NCBI GenBank assembly: GCA_963751345.1
Contig: CAVVUS010000022.1
Location: forward strand, 1 to 64,000
Direction: 5' to 3'
Origin: an uncultured Chloroflexia bacterium
GTDB lineage: Bacteria > Chloroflexota > Anaerolineae > B4-G1 > SLSP01
DNA length: 64,000 nucleotides
Shown: piece after piece, positions 62,975-64,000 of the stretch
How positions within the stretch are numbered: the first letter of the stretch is position 1
Layout: each line of letters begins with the position of its first letter
Notes under the pieces: model-generated
Databases searched by the model: none
The model's input: only the letters and a program-made list of their open reading frames with translations
What the model was told of the DNA's origin: nothing
Program-made: the position numbers and the translations under genes

Positions 62975-64000
62975 ATGATGACAAAAGACACGTTCGTGGT
63001 GATCCCCCACACTCACTGGGAAGGGGCGGTGTTCAAGACCCGCGAGCAGTACCTGGAGATGGGCCTGCCGATCATCCTGCGGGCCCTGCGGCTGTTGCGC
63101 CTCTACCCCAACTACCGCTTCGTGCTCGACCAGGTCTGCCTCGTGCGGCCGTTTCTCGAGCGACACCCGGAGGAGGCCGAGGCGTTCAGGGCCTTCGTCA
63201 GAGAGGGGCGACTGGCCATCGTCGGGGGCCTCGACGTGATGCCCGACGTCAACATGCCCAGCGGCGAGTCGTTCGTGCGCCAGTTGCTCTACGGCAAGGG
63301 CTACTTCCGCAGGGAGCTCGGTGTCGACGTCACCGTCGGCTGGCAGCTGGATGCCTTCGGGCACCACGCCCAGATCCCCCAGTTGATGCGGCTGGCAGGC
63401 TACTCCTCGTTCTGGTCGCAGCGCGGCGTGCCCAACGGCGACCTGCCCTCGGAGTTTCTCTGGGAGGGGCTGGACGGTACGCGCATCCCCTTCTACTGGC
63501 TGCCGGGGTCATATGCCATCGCCTACGGATCGCCTGGCACCATGCCTGCATTCGCGGATTTCATGGAACAGAGATACGCAGCCCTCGATGGACACAGCCT
63601 CGGCGCAGGGCGCGTGGGCCTGGCCGGCGCCGACGTCTGCCTGCCCGAGGAACATATCCCGGATCTGGTGGATCAGTTCAACCGGCGACCCTACAAGCCT
63701 TTCGAGATCCGCATCGGACTGCCTGCCGACTATGAAGCCATGGTCGAGATGCGACCCGAGGAACGACCGGTGGTCAAAGGCGACCTCAACCCCATCTTTC
63801 AGGGGACCTACAGCAGCCGGATCGAATTGAAGCAGTGGACCCGAGACCTGGAACGTCTCCTGATCACGGCGGAGGAGTTGGGCGCCCTGCTCATCTCGCT
63901 AGGCGACACTGTGGACAATGCGTCGCTGTGGCGCGCCTGGGAACCCGTGCTCTTCAACCAGGCGCACGATCTGATGTCGGGCGTGATGACGGACCAAGTG
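62975..64000 (+). CDS. GH38 alpha-mannosidase, N-terminal part; runs off the window
   Basis: Manual translation: VIPHTHWE, F.LDQ, PDVNMPSGES.VRQ..YG, WQLDAFGH..QIPQL, W.GLDGT, NQAHD. Confidence 0.9.
   Translation, partial: MMTKDTFVVIPHTHWEGAVFKTREQYLEMGLPIILRALRLLRLYPNYRFVLDQVCLVRPFLERHPEEAEAFRAFVREGRLAIVGGLDVMPDVNMPSGESFVRQLLYGKGYFRRELGVDVTVGWQLDAFGHHAQIPQLMRLAGYSSFWSQRGVPNGDLPSEFLWEGLDGTRIPFYWLPGSYAIAYGSPGTMPAFADFMEQRYAALDGHSLGAGRVGLAGADVCLPEEHIPDLVDQFNRRPYKPFEIRIGLPADYEAMVEMRPEERPVVKGDLNPIFQGTYSSRIELKQWTRDLERLLITAEELGALLISLGDTVDNASLWRAWEPVLFNQAHDLMSGVMTDQV

Overview
GC-rich bacterial chromosome segment. The gene content (GAF/PAS-rich kinase, long GT39 protein, many Gfo/Idh/MocA, URO-D-like and TIM-barrel sugar genes) suggests an anaerobic Chloroflexota, probably Anaerolineae; this is an inference. 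About half of the genes, including essential proS, carry single-base indels, often at homopolymers, so this looks like uncorrected long-read sequence and split ORFs were rejoined by eye. Main contents: (1) an arsR-hgcA-hgcB mercury-methylation operon with a clear sigma70 promoter and palindromic operator; (2) a probable Ser/Thr kinase-TM-amino-acid-binding fusion; (3) a long carbohydrate region (DHS-like/SIS and PfkB/HAD fusions, DUF5054, GH130, xylA, xylB, GH94, GH32, GH38, oxidoreductases); (4) a RAYT transposase with REP pairs and several families of 7-bp-periodic intergenic palindromes; (5) an orphan mraY, proS and an apparently circularly permuted ROK protein; (6) a translationally coupled signalling operon: GAF/PAS histidine kinase, threonine-synthase-like PLP enzyme fused to two receiver domains, two stand-alone receivers, then a GNAT. 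Item 6 is the best candidate for an undescribed system. No rRNA, tRNA or CRISPR array was seen. All calls come from motif recognition; no database searches were run.
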